A DNA stretch of 64,000 bases from Nitrospiria bacterium (GCA_035517195.1 DATIZH010000007.1:41884-105883); one strand, 5' to 3'. Shown: positions 20,565 to 29,470, counted from the first letter of the stretch. Numbers and translations: made by a program. The notes: generated from the sequence alone by a model not told the origin.

Positions 20565-20672
20565 CAGCCGACAAAACAAGCTGATACATTTTCCCATTGG
20601 CATGCGACGCCGGCATGACGGGCCGGCTGTGCAAGTGTTCGAAGGCTCGGGCGTCAGGGCTTCATATCTGAT

Positions 20673-20744
20673 GCGGGTGTAGCTCAGTGGTAGAGTACAA
20701 GCTTCCCAAGCTTGGTGTCGCGGGTTCGAATCCCGCCACCCGCT
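20673..20744 (+). tRNA. tRNA-Gly (anticodon CCC)
   Basis: Cloverleaf folded by hand. Acceptor GCGGGTG/CACCCGC, D arm GCTC-AGTGGTA-GAGT, anticodon stem CAAGC/GCTTG with loop TTCCCAA, T arm GCGGG-TTCGAAT-CCCGC, discriminator T. CCA is not encoded. Confidence 0.9.
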
Positions 20745-20848
20745 TTTCTTCAAAAGCAAATCTGAGGGCCGCCGAGGTGACCGGAACACTGCATCACCTC
20801 ACGCATCGAGCTGTGACGACCATCAGCTGCAGTGATCCATCCTCCTGA

Positions 20849-21505
20849 GTGGCCGCCTCCGTTACGATCCTCTACCTCATACGCCACGGACAGGTGGCAA
20901 AAGCCCGGCCCCGCAGCTACAACGGCCAGTCGGATGTGCCCCTAAGCGCACTGGGTGCGCAACAAATGGAGCGTTTGGCCGATTGGGCATCATCGGCGGG
21001 GGTCACCGCCGTCTATTGCAGTGATTTGCAGCGGACGAGGAGCGGCGCCGATCAAGTGGCCCGACGATGCGTGGCGACTGTCACGGTGTCCTCATCGCTT
21101 CGGGAGAAGCATTTTGGTTCCTGGGAGGGGTTGACATACGAGGAAGCCGAACAGCGATTCCCCACAGAATGGCGTGCATGGCTGATCGATCCGTCGATTG
21201 CGAGACCTCCCGGAGGGGAAACCTACCGGGAGGTTGAAGACAGGGTCGTTCCATTGGTGCGAGGGATCGTGTCCGACCACCTAGGCCAGACGGTCCTCAT
21301 CCTGGCGCATGGCGGCGTCAACCGCGTGCTTCTTTGCCGGGCGTTGGGGTTGCCGCTCCGTCAGGCGTTCCGCATCGAGCAGGATTATGCCTGTGTGAAT
21401 CGAATCGACTGCGCGGCCGGCGACCGTTGGCGGGTGGCCCTGCTGAACAGTGCGCTGCCGGGTGACCCGTTAAGGCCATTGCCAGGATCCGACGAGACCT
21501 CCTGA
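20849..21505 (+). CDS. Histidine phosphatase family protein (phosphoglycerate mutase/CobC-like)
   Basis: LYLIRHGQ catalytic RHG motif, later LILAHGGVNR. Confidence 0.7.
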   Translation: MAASVTILYLIRHGQVAKARPRSYNGQSDVPLSALGAQQMERLADWASSAGVTAVYCSDLQRTRSGADQVARRCVATVTVSSSLREKHFGSWEGLTYEEAEQRFPTEWRAWLIDPSIARPPGGETYREVEDRVVPLVRGIVSDHLGQTVLILAHGGVNRVLLCRALGLPLRQAFRIEQDYACVNRIDCAAGDRWRVALLNSALPGDPLRPLPGSDETS

Positions 21506-21518
21506 GCGGCAGGAGCAT

Positions 21519-21977
21519 TCAGGCAGGGAAAACGGGATAGGGGAAGGTGCTCGGTTTTGAGCCGGAAAGGGGAGACGAGGGTGTAATCGGCAGCTCGACC
21601 GGCGGGGTGAAATGGTAGCCGCATTGGAAATCAACATCCGCCAGATCTCTCGGATCGATTGGAAACGCGGCGCATTGGAATGGCCTTCCCTGCTCGTAAA
21701 TCAGGCAGGTCGGATTTTCCTCCGACCCGCCCAAAAACGGGCAGCGAAACACGAGACGGCAGCATCGGCCGCACCGGACGCACTCGCCTCCGCGCAACTG
21801 CTGTTGATCCTGGATATAGCCGGGATTCACCGTACAGATCAGAAACCGTCTGATCTTATTGGCCACCTTGCTGAACGGAGAGGTGCGGCTCGGGGTGAGT
21901 TGCCACAGACGGTATCGTGTCAAGGATGGCAGCGCCATAATGTTGCAGGTTCTAACATAAATGCCGCCTGGAGGCAA
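21519..21977 (-). CDS. YkgJ-family cysteine-cluster protein (UPF0153)
   Basis: CVRCGRCCR (CxxCxxCC) followed by additional Cys residues. Internal Met (MALPSL) could be the true start. Confidence 0.6.
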   Translation of the reverse strand: MPPGGIYVRTCNIMALPSLTRYRLWQLTPSRTSPFSKVANKIRRFLICTVNPGYIQDQQQLRGGECVRCGRCCRLVFRCPFLGGSEENPTCLIYEQGRPFQCAAFPIDPRDLADVDFQCGYHFTPPVELPITPSSPLSGSKPSTFPYPVFPA

Positions 21978-22249
21978 TGAATATTTTCCTTGTCGATTTC
22001 AATAGCCTGTTTCCCGTCATGGGGTCGAATCGCCATACGGTGTTCCTTGACATCGCGACTGGTTCGTGCGTCGCGCTGTGACCAAGGGCGTTCAGGCCGC
22101 CTGTGCCTTCTCCAGGCCATTCAGACCTGGTGGGGGACGGTTGGAGGAATACACGGGCCCGGAAGCGTTGAAACGGATCAAATCAACGAGGGCCAGACGC
22201 TGTTCGCGCCGAGCAATTCGGGCGACGAGGCGGAATCTGTCAATTCAGC

Positions 22250-22277
22250 TTGAAAAAGACAGGAAAAACGATACAAT
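22250..22277 (+). promoter_or_regulatory. Putative sigma70-type promoter of the MinD-like operon
   Basis: TTGAAA (22250-22255), 16-nt spacer, TACAAT (22272-22277). The start codon is only about 9 nt downstream, so the mRNA would be near-leaderless. Confidence 0.4.
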
Positions 22278-22286
22278 GGTGGCGTC

Positions 22287-23264
22287 ATGGGCGACATGCC
22301 ACACGAGAACGGCTCACTGTTTGAGCACGGCATGACTCCCGTGAGGGAGGTTTGCGCCATCGGGGGCGGGAAGGGCGGTACGGGAAAGACCTTCCTGTCG
22401 GCCGGTCTGGGCATCGCCTTGGCCAAAATGGGCAAACGGGTGATTTTGGTCGATGCGGATCTCGGATGCGCCAACCTGCACACCGCATTGGGACTCCCGT
22501 ATCCGGAAGAGACCCTTTCCGATTTCATGAAGGAGAAGGTGAGGCGGCTGAGTGACGTCATTGTGGACACCGGCATCGAGCATCTTCGGCTGATCAGTGG
22601 AGCGCAGGATTTCCTGGAAATCGCCAATCCCCGTTATAAGGAAAAAATGCGGCTGATCCGGCAAGTACAAGGGCTCGATGTCGACTATATCATTCTTGAT
22701 CTTGGAGCCGGGACCTCTTTCACCATTCTCGATTTTTTCCTCAGCGCCGATAATGGACTGCTGGCGGTGATCCCGGAGCCGGGGTCCATCGAGAACGTCT
22801 ATCGATTCATCAAAAGCGTATATTTCAGAAAATTTAAGAAGATCGCGAGAGATCCTCAAATGCGTGAATTGATCACGCAGGCGATGGATCGCAAGAACAC
22901 CCTTGGACTGCGCACGCCGTATGATCTGGTCGCATACATACAAACCATCAATGCCGAACTGGGTCGGCGGTTGCTGGAGTCGCTGTCAACGCTTCGGCCC
23001 AAACTCGTGGTCAATCAGGTGCGGACCAAGGACGACATCGCCCTGGGTTTTTCGATGCGCAGTTCCTGCAGCAAATATTTCGGAATCGATGTGGAATACC
23101 TCGGGTACATCGAATCCGATGATACGGTCCGCGTGGCCGCCAGACGCAAGCGACCGCTGTTGCTTGACTATCCCTATTGCAGTGCAGCCCGCTGCATTGA
23201 TCGCATCGCGCAGAATTTGGTCAAGCACGAACAACTGAATTTCGAGCTGATCCCGAAACCGTAA
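22287..23264 (+). CDS. MinD/ParA/FlhG-family P-loop ATPase
   Basis: Deviant Walker A GGGKGGTGKT, VILVDADLGCANL. Confidence 0.75.
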   Translation: MGDMPHENGSLFEHGMTPVREVCAIGGGKGGTGKTFLSAGLGIALAKMGKRVILVDADLGCANLHTALGLPYPEETLSDFMKEKVRRLSDVIVDTGIEHLRLISGAQDFLEIANPRYKEKMRLIRQVQGLDVDYIILDLGAGTSFTILDFFLSADNGLLAVIPEPGSIENVYRFIKSVYFRKFKKIARDPQMRELITQAMDRKNTLGLRTPYDLVAYIQTINAELGRRLLESLSTLRPKLVVNQVRTKDDIALGFSMRSSCSKYFGIDVEYLGYIESDDTVRVAARRKRPLLLDYPYCSAARCIDRIAQNLVKHEQLNFELIPKP

Positions 23265-23270
23265 CAGGCG

Positions 23271-23885
23271 GTGGACGGTCTGATGAAGATCGAACGGAAT
23301 TTGTATCGACTGCTTGACGTGGCGGAGACCGCGACGCCACATGAAATTAGGCAAGCCTATGAATTGGCCAGGCGCACGTACGGCGGCGACTCGCTGGCCA
23401 CCTATTCACTGTTTGGAGCAGAAGACCGTCAGGTGGTCATGTCTCAGATCGATGAGGCGTATCGCGTGCTGAGCGATCCCGAGCGACGCCGTGCCTATGA
23501 CCATATGATCACGAAGACGGGATCCCCCTCGGGTGCGTTCGACGTGGTCGATGAGGCCCCCATCCAGGATGCCGGACGTCCCGGACCACAGAGCAACCTC
23601 ACCGCCCTTCCGCTGGAGACGCTTCCGATTCCGGATGTCATCACGGGGGGGGATTTGAAACGATTCAGGGAATCCCGTCGGATGTCGCTGCAAACCATCG
23701 CCAACTTGACGAGGATCAACATCAAATATCTGCAATACCTCGAAGAAGATCGTCACGACAATCTTCCGCACACCGTATTTATCCGCAGCTATTTGCTGCA
23801 ATACGCCAAAGTGCTCAAGTTGGATCCCGATCGAGTCTTGAATGGTTATCTGAAGGGTATGTCGAAGGCCTCATCGACCCCCTAG
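23271..23885 (+). CDS. J-like domain (no HPD) fused to a RodZ-like helix-turn-helix domain
   Basis: NLYRLLDVAETATPHEIRQAYELARRTY...IDEAYRVLSDPERRRAYD is J-domain-like but has YGGDS where HPD is expected. C-terminal LKRFRESRRMSLQTIANLTRINIKYLQYLEEDRHDNLP is HTH_25/RodZ-like. ATG 23283 is an alternative start. Confidence 0.6.
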   Translation: MDGLMKIERNLYRLLDVAETATPHEIRQAYELARRTYGGDSLATYSLFGAEDRQVVMSQIDEAYRVLSDPERRRAYDHMITKTGSPSGAFDVVDEAPIQDAGRPGPQSNLTALPLETLPIPDVITGGDLKRFRESRRMSLQTIANLTRINIKYLQYLEEDRHDNLPHTVFIRSYLLQYAKVLKLDPDRVLNGYLKGMSKASSTP

Positions 23886-23915
23886 GCGGTGATCCGGCGG
23901 CTTGTGCCGTGTATG

Positions 23916-25283
23916 TCAACCCGTCACCGCTTGGATGGAACGTCCGACAATGTCCGCCATTCGCCGGAGCACGGGCCGCGTCGCGGTCAACGGGGGCATG
24001 AGAACGATGACGTCCCTCAGGGGGCGAAGCAGCAATCCGCGACGCCTGGCCTCGCGGCAGACCTGATAGCCCGTTCTGCGCGCAAGCGCATAGGGTTCGC
24101 GGTTCCCGCGGTTCTTGACCAATTCAATACCAACCATCAGGCCTCGTTGCCGGACCTGACCGACATGGGGAAGTGCGGTGATCGATTCCAAGGCCTCCCT
24201 CAGATCCGAGATGGTCGATCGTGCGCGGGCCAGCGTGTGTTCCGTGTCAAAGATTTTCAAGTTGGCCAGGGCGGCGGCGCATCCCAACGGATTGCCGGTG
24301 TAGCTGTGGCCGTGAAAGAACGTCCTGAATGATTTGTACGGGCCGAGAAAACTCCTGTACAAGCGTTCCGTTGTCAGGGTTGCGGCCAGAGGCAGGTAGC
24401 CCCCCGTCAGGCCCTTCGCAACGGCCATCAGATCGGGGGAGACGGCCTCGTGCTCGCAAGCAAAGAACCTCCCCGTCCGGCCGAACCCCGTAGCCACCTC
24501 GTCGGCGATCATGATCACGTCATGCCGGCTGGTGAGTTCGCGCACGCGGCGCAAGTGGCCCGGTGGTGCCGCCAGCATGCCGGCCGCCGCCTGAATCAAC
24601 GGTTCAACGATGACGCCCGCGATCTCATCCTTCCGCTGGGTGAGCGTCCGTTCCAATTGATCCAGGCAGGCGATTCCGCATTCCGGGTATCGGAGTCCCA
24701 ATGGGCAGCGGTAGCAGTAGGGAGCGTGCACCTTGAGGGTGGGGAAGAGCAGCGGGGCGAAGCGCTGATGGAAGAGGTCGATGCCGCCCACGCTGACGGC
24801 CCCGAGCGTGTCCCCATGGTAGGCATTGGCAAAGGAGACGAATAATCGCTTCCGTCGCCCGGCCCCTCCGGACAATTGCCAGAATTGAAAGGCCATCTTC
24901 AGCGCCACCTCAACCGCGGTCGAACCGTTGTCGGAGTAAAAGACGCGACTTAAGCCACGAGGTGCGCGCTGCACGAGTTCGCCGGCCAATTTGATCGCGG
25001 GGGCGTGGCTCAGGCCGAGCAGGGTGGAATGGGCCACACGGCTCAGCTGTGCCTCGATGGCACGGTCCAAGACGGGATGGCGGTGACCATGCAGGTTGAC
25101 CCACAGTGACGATGTCCCGTCGAGATAGCGGCGACCGTCATGGCCCCAGAGATAAGGGCCCCGGCCTCGGACAATGATGAGCGGCGGCTCCTTGTTCCAC
25201 CCGGCCATCTGTGTGAAGGGGTACCAGAGGTGTCGTCGGGAGGTTATCGCCAGATTGCGCGCCGCGGGTCGTGTCGGTTTCAT
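23916..25283 (-). CDS. bioA: Adenosylmethionine-8-amino-7-oxononanoate aminotransferase
   Basis: HLWYPFTQM, YHGDTLGAVSVGG, ADEVATGFGRTG, AKGLTGGYLPL (PLP lysine). Start placed at MKPTRP; ORF-track start is 25352. Confidence 0.85.
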   Translation of the reverse strand: MKPTRPAARNLAITSRRHLWYPFTQMAGWNKEPPLIIVRGRGPYLWGHDGRRYLDGTSSLWVNLHGHRHPVLDRAIEAQLSRVAHSTLLGLSHAPAIKLAGELVQRAPRGLSRVFYSDNGSTAVEVALKMAFQFWQLSGGAGRRKRLFVSFANAYHGDTLGAVSVGGIDLFHQRFAPLLFPTLKVHAPYCYRCPLGLRYPECGIACLDQLERTLTQRKDEIAGVIVEPLIQAAAGMLAAPPGHLRRVRELTSRHDVIMIADEVATGFGRTGRFFACEHEAVSPDLMAVAKGLTGGYLPLAATLTTERLYRSFLGPYKSFRTFFHGHSYTGNPLGCAAALANLKIFDTEHTLARARSTISDLREALESITALPHVGQVRQRGLMVGIELVKNRGNREPYALARRTGYQVCREARRRGLLLRPLRDVIVLMPPLTATRPVLRRMADIVGRSIQAVTG

Positions 25284-25361
25284 CGCATGTGTCGTGGAGA
25301 AGATCTCATGGAGTGTGCGCTTACCATATGAGAAGCCAGGGGAACTTGTCAATCGAGCGGC

Positions 25362-25390
25362 TTGACAGGCCCCCGGATTGCCGCTACCTT
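25362..25390 (+). promoter_or_regulatory. Possible promoter of the ExeA2/HD-GYP operon
   Basis: TTGACA (25362-25367), 17-nt spacer, weak TACCTT (25385-25390). TGTCAA/TTGACA inverted repeat around the -35 box. Confidence 0.3.
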
Positions 25391-25440
25391 GATCCAGAGG
25401 AGCTGTCTGTCAGCCTGCGGCTTCTTGGAGAGGCAGAAGC

Positions 25441-26271
25441 GTGTACATTGATTACTGGGGGTTGACATCACCTCCCTTTGAAAACGTGCCGGATCCCAAG
25501 TTTTATTTCCCTTCAAGCCAGCATGAGGAGGGACTGCACCGGTTGCTGTACGCCGTGACGCAACGCAAGGGCGCCGCCATGCTCACGGGGGAAGTGGGAT
25601 GCGGCAAGACGCTCTTGTCCCGTGAATTTCTAAATAATCTTCATAGCGACCGGTTCAATGTGGCCATGATCACCAATCCATCGTTTCCGGCCCAACAGTT
25701 TTTTCATGAGGTGCTCTACCAGTTCGGGATCGGGACGACCGGCAACCGGAAGGTCTCGATGCTCCATCGCTTTAACGAACATCTGCTGCAGAACGACGAA
25801 CGGAAGATCCAGAGCGTGCTGGTGGTCGACGAGGCGCAGGCCATCGTCGACGACCAGGTGCTGGAAGAGCTTCGACTGCTGTTGAATTTTCAACGGAATG
25901 ACCGGTTTTTGCTGACCCTCGTCCTACTGGGCCAGCCTGAACTTCGCGAGAAGCTGTGGGCCCTCCCGCAATTCGCTCAACGGATTGGCATCCAGTATCA
26001 CCTGATGCCATTGGAAGAAACCGAGGTGGACCGGTACGTCACCTCCAGGCTGCGCGCCGCCGGCAGGGCCGATGAGTTGTTCGACCAGGAGGCCACTCAG
26101 GCGATCGCGAAGTGCAGCAGGGGGATTCCACGAGTGATCAACAACTTGTGCGATCTTTGCTTACTGTCCGGACGCCTGGCGAAGGCCAACCGGATCGATG
26201 CAGATCTTGTCCACATGGTAGCCAGGAACGGGTATTTCGCCGGGTACTTTACCACGGTGGCTCATGGCTGA
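25441..26271 (+). CDS. ExeA/GspA/MshM-like AAA+ ATPase (paralog 2)
   Basis: YWGLTSPPFENVPDPKFYF, Walker A GEVGCGKTL, Walker B VLVVDEAQ, GIPRVINNLCDLCLL. GTG start with GGAGAGG upstream. Confidence 0.8.
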   Translation: MYIDYWGLTSPPFENVPDPKFYFPSSQHEEGLHRLLYAVTQRKGAAMLTGEVGCGKTLLSREFLNNLHSDRFNVAMITNPSFPAQQFFHEVLYQFGIGTTGNRKVSMLHRFNEHLLQNDERKIQSVLVVDEAQAIVDDQVLEELRLLLNFQRNDRFLLTLVLLGQPELREKLWALPQFAQRIGIQYHLMPLEETEVDRYVTSRLRAAGRADELFDQEATQAIAKCSRGIPRVINNLCDLCLLSGRLAKANRIDADLVHMVARNGYFAGYFTTVAHG

Positions 26272-27376
26272 ACCGATCAAAAAAGAGAAACCGATCGTCC
26301 GCTATAGCGACTTGGCCCGATCATCTGAAAACGGGCTGCGAAACATCGGGTCGGACACGCCGGTGCGCGATACGGATGAGATCATGTTCCGGGACGCGAT
26401 CCAGTTGAGAGCCATGGGCCGGTCCCAGTCGCCTCAGCCCGTCGCCTCCAGCGGGGCGGGTGATCATCACGTGGCCAGGCTGTTTGAGCAGATCCTCCAT
26501 GAGGTGACAGGGATTTATACAGCCGCGCGGGGCGGTCTGCCGTTCCGTCTCGAACGGGTGTTTGGTCTGGCACAAGCCATCGCCGATCATGCGACGCCCG
26601 ATCGGTTGCTGTCCCAGCTGTTTGAAGCGCACCCGCAATTCCACTACACCGATCTGAATTCGGCGCACTGCGCAATTATTGCGGTTCAGATCGCCCGCGG
26701 ATTGGGCCATCAACGCGATGAACAGGTCCAGTTAGCCGTCGCGTCCTTGGTTCACGATATCGGCATGCAGACGCTGCCGCAGGGATTGCTCAATACGCCT
26801 GGTCCATTGTCCAAAGACCAGGTTGCCGCCGTACGGACCCATCCTGAATCGGGGGCTCGGTTGTTGAAACAAGCCGCCCCGCAGCACCCCTGGCTGGCCG
26901 CCATCGTCAGAGAGGAACACGAACGGGAGCAAGGGCAAGGTTATCCCAATGGGCTCCGGTCGGAAGAAATTCATGCACTGGCCAAGATTCTTGGCCTGGC
27001 GGATATTTACGACGCCTTGATCTGCCCGCGTCCATATCGACGCATGTTCAGCCCGCATGAGGCGGTCCAGGAGTTGCTGGATTGTCAGGACCGCCTGGGG
27101 TATCCGAAACTGGTCGTCCGGGAACTCATCCAGCAGCTGTCGCTCTTTCCGGCCGGGTGTCGCGTCAGGCTCAGTTCGAATGAGGTCGGGCGCGTGATCC
27201 TCATGAATAAGCAGTCTCCCCTTAGGCCGGTAGTGGAGGTGTTGTTCGATGCGGAAGGACAGCCGCTGCAGACCCCCAGGCACGTGGATCTGAACACGAA
27301 TCCGCTGGTCTATGTCACGGCATCGCTGCCGTTAGAGCATGCCTGCGTGACGGCGCCATCGGAGAACGGCAATTGA
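26264..27376 (+). CDS. HD-GYP domain protein (putative c-di-GMP phosphodiesterase) with an uncharacterised N-terminal region
   Basis: LVHDIGM, THPESGARLL, EEHEREQGQGYPNGL, ADIYDALICPRPYR. 8-nt overlap with ExeA paralog 2. Confidence 0.75.
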   Translation: MAEPIKKEKPIVRYSDLARSSENGLRNIGSDTPVRDTDEIMFRDAIQLRAMGRSQSPQPVASSGAGDHHVARLFEQILHEVTGIYTAARGGLPFRLERVFGLAQAIADHATPDRLLSQLFEAHPQFHYTDLNSAHCAIIAVQIARGLGHQRDEQVQLAVASLVHDIGMQTLPQGLLNTPGPLSKDQVAAVRTHPESGARLLKQAAPQHPWLAAIVREEHEREQGQGYPNGLRSEEIHALAKILGLADIYDALICPRPYRRMFSPHEAVQELLDCQDRLGYPKLVVRELIQQLSLFPAGCRVRLSSNEVGRVILMNKQSPLRPVVEVLFDAEGQPLQTPRHVDLNTNPLVYVTASLPLEHACVTAPSENGN

Positions 27377-27399
27377 CGGAAGCCGGCCTCGACCGTTCA

Positions 27400-28566
27400 T
27401 CATCTCGTCCTGTCTCCACCTGCGCCGGAATGTATGAGCCGCCCCGTCAATTGGACGGCCCGCCATGACAGGCGGCCCAACCGGTCGAGATAACTCCAAG
27501 TGATGCCGAGCGGCGAGACGGAACGACCCTCCTGCCGGAGAGCGTCTCTCTTCGGGAAGATGACCTGCCGAACAAAACGTCGCCGCAATGCAGCAGGCCG
27601 AACGGACATCAGATAGAACAGATCCCCCATGCCATTGATGCGGTGATCGGCCATTAATCGGGCGTATAGCCGGCGCTCCAGCCAGGTCAAAGACGGTGCG
27701 GGCAGTTGGACAGTAAGCAAGGAGGGGAGTAGCAAGACTGTTCTGAGATAGGCGCAGACGAAATAGAGCGGTCGGTCGAGTCCGAGCTGCTCGGCCCTCT
27801 CCCTGATTACATCAAACGCTGTCACCTTGAGGAGTCGGTTCAGCAGCCGTCCGATATCGATAAACCAGATCAGACGGTCGAACGAATGCTTCTGAAGATG
27901 GGCGCTGAGGATCACGATCTGGTCGATCGGCGCCAACGACCAGCTCACGGCCGAGCCAAACGGTCGTCGAACGGCGCCGGTCCAGAGCATCGTCTCGTCG
28001 ATGCGGAGAGGATTGGCCGCCGGTTCGACGCGGGAGAGCGAGGCCAGCTGCCGGTGCAGATCGATGCAGATCCCGTCTCTCACATACACGGGGGGAAAGC
28101 GGGACACGGCCGTGTAACCCAGGTCGAATAACAGCCGTTCTGTCTGCTTAAAATGATCGGGACGAACCAGCAGATCGATGTCGCTTAACGGGCGGATTCC
28201 GGGTGGATACAGCTCATCAGTAATGGCCATGCCCTGCATGATCAGGAGATCAAGTTTCTTTTCGGCGGAATGGAGCAGCACCTCTTCCAACATCGCGCAT
28301 TTGATGTGATGATCAAGCAGCCGATGTGTTTTGATCCTGTCCATCCGCCGTCGTATGTCCGCCGGCGGAGGGGGGAAAGGGGGGCTCTCTCTGCACACCT
28401 CGTCATGGAGTAGGCCATCTATGCCCTCCCCACCGGCTTCGATGAGCAGAACCGACCATTCTGAAGGGGTCGAGGGCACCCAGCGTTGGGCCTGCGGCAC
28501 TATCGCATCGCACGCGATACGAGCCAACGTGACCTTCTGCCGTTGGACAGCTGTCTGCATAGGCAT
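27400..28566 (-). CDS. Uncharacterised nucleotidyltransferase family protein (PF14907/NTP_transf_5-like)
   Basis: LDLLIMQGMAITDELYPPGIRPLSDIDLLVRPDHFKQTERLLFDLGY is the family hallmark as I recall it. Start placed at MPMQTAV; ORF-track start 28689 would overlap the divergent gene. Confidence 0.65.
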   Translation of the reverse strand: MPMQTAVQRQKVTLARIACDAIVPQAQRWVPSTPSEWSVLLIEAGGEGIDGLLHDEVCRESPPFPPPPADIRRRMDRIKTHRLLDHHIKCAMLEEVLLHSAEKKLDLLIMQGMAITDELYPPGIRPLSDIDLLVRPDHFKQTERLLFDLGYTAVSRFPPVYVRDGICIDLHRQLASLSRVEPAANPLRIDETMLWTGAVRRPFGSAVSWSLAPIDQIVILSAHLQKHSFDRLIWFIDIGRLLNRLLKVTAFDVIRERAEQLGLDRPLYFVCAYLRTVLLLPSLLTVQLPAPSLTWLERRLYARLMADHRINGMGDLFYLMSVRPAALRRRFVRQVIFPKRDALRQEGRSVSPLGITWSYLDRLGRLSWRAVQLTGRLIHSGAGGDRTR

Positions 28567-28626
28567 GGAGATGTGTTCTAGGATACTCGGCCTCCGGGTG
28601 GATGTCCAGTCGGTGAAACGAGTGTC

Positions 28627-28655
28627 TTGACAACCGGGGGCATGAGGGCTAATAG
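28627..28655 (+). promoter_or_regulatory. Putative promoter of the peptidase/PqqD operon, possibly leaderless
   Basis: TTGACA (28627-28632), 17-nt spacer, TAATAG (28650-28655). ATG 28663 sits about where the transcription start is expected. The ORF-track TTG start is the -35 box itself. Confidence 0.4.
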
Positions 28656-28662
28656 TGAAACC

Positions 28663-29112
28663 ATGGCGCGACCCCATCCCCTGTTTCATGTCGATTTCAC
28701 TCGTGAAGTGCTGACCCGTGAAGGCGAACTCTGGTTTCGAATTGAAGGGCGCAGCATGCGGCCGTTCTTGAGAACTGGCGACCGAGTGTTAATTCGCTCG
28801 TGTTCGATTGATTCGCTGACCTGCGGAGACCTGGTGCTCCTGAATGTCGGTGACTCTCTCTGTCTGCATCGGGTCCTGATGAACGCGGATCGTGACGGTC
28901 CACGCCGACTGAGATCGAAAGGGGATGCCTGCGGCCGATGGGATCTTCCGGTAACTGGCGAGTCGATCGTTGGCAAAGGAGTCGCCGTGAATCGCGGGAC
29001 ACTGACGATGTCCCTGGACAACTGGGCCGGTCGTCTCCTGGGATATCTGTCCGTGTGCGTCTCACTCGTGACAGGATGGGGGTTGTGGTTGAAATGGCGC
29101 CTTCAGGCGTGA
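28663..29112 (+). CDS. S26-family signal-peptidase-like serine peptidase (SipW/ER type)
   Basis: GRSMRPFLRTGDRVLI (Ser nucleophile box), LHRVL (His box) and RSKGDACGRWD (compare TKGDANxxxD), then IVGKGV. C-terminal hydrophobic segment LLGYLSVCVSLVTGWGLWL. No N-terminal TM. ATG 28642 is an alternative start. Confidence 0.65.
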   Translation: MARPHPLFHVDFTREVLTREGELWFRIEGRSMRPFLRTGDRVLIRSCSIDSLTCGDLVLLNVGDSLCLHRVLMNADRDGPRRLRSKGDACGRWDLPVTGESIVGKGVAVNRGTLTMSLDNWAGRLLGYLSVCVSLVTGWGLWLKWRLQA

Positions 29113-29123
29113 CCAGAGTTCCC

Positions 29124-29375
29124 ATGAAGGCGTCCCACACCGCCTCGCAGATGATCAACGGTGAGGCGGTCGTGCTTGATATTCCTGGTAAAATACTTCG
29201 AGGTCTTAATCCCGTGGGCAGCCGCATTTGGGAATTGGTCGACGGCCAACGTACGCTTCTGGACATTGCGCGATTGGTGGCTGAGGAATATACCAGATCT
29301 GAAATCGAAGTGCTTCAGGATGTCGAGTCATTTCTTGATGAGCTTGCCGTACGAGGTGTCATCGAATTCAGATAG
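29124..29375 (+). CDS. PqqD-family protein (RiPP recognition element-like)
   Basis: INGEAVVLDIPGKILRGLNPVGSRIWELVDGQRTLLDIARLVAEEY...VLQDVESFLDELAVRGVI is a typical PqqD pattern. GTG 29109 (GTGA overlap with the peptidase stop) is an alternative start. Confidence 0.75.
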   Translation: MKASHTASQMINGEAVVLDIPGKILRGLNPVGSRIWELVDGQRTLLDIARLVAEEYTRSEIEVLQDVESFLDELAVRGVIEFR

Positions 29376-29442
29376 GATTAAGGATCGAGAAATGGTTTGT
29401 CTTATTAATGGGTTATGCCGTCACTTCAGGTGATATGTCAGG

Positions 29443-29470
29443 TTGACAGACGGAGGAGGTACGCTATAGT
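29443..29470 (+). promoter_or_regulatory. Strong sigma70-type promoter upstream of the riboswitch-like leader
   Basis: TTGACA (29443-29448), 16-nt spacer, TATAGT (29465-29470). Confidence 0.5.

Noticed and set aside
20382-20789. 135-aa minus-strand ORF
   Set aside because: It overlaps the tRNA-Gly gene and the 3' end of the ExeA gene on the opposite strand and has no motif. It is a typical spurious ORF.
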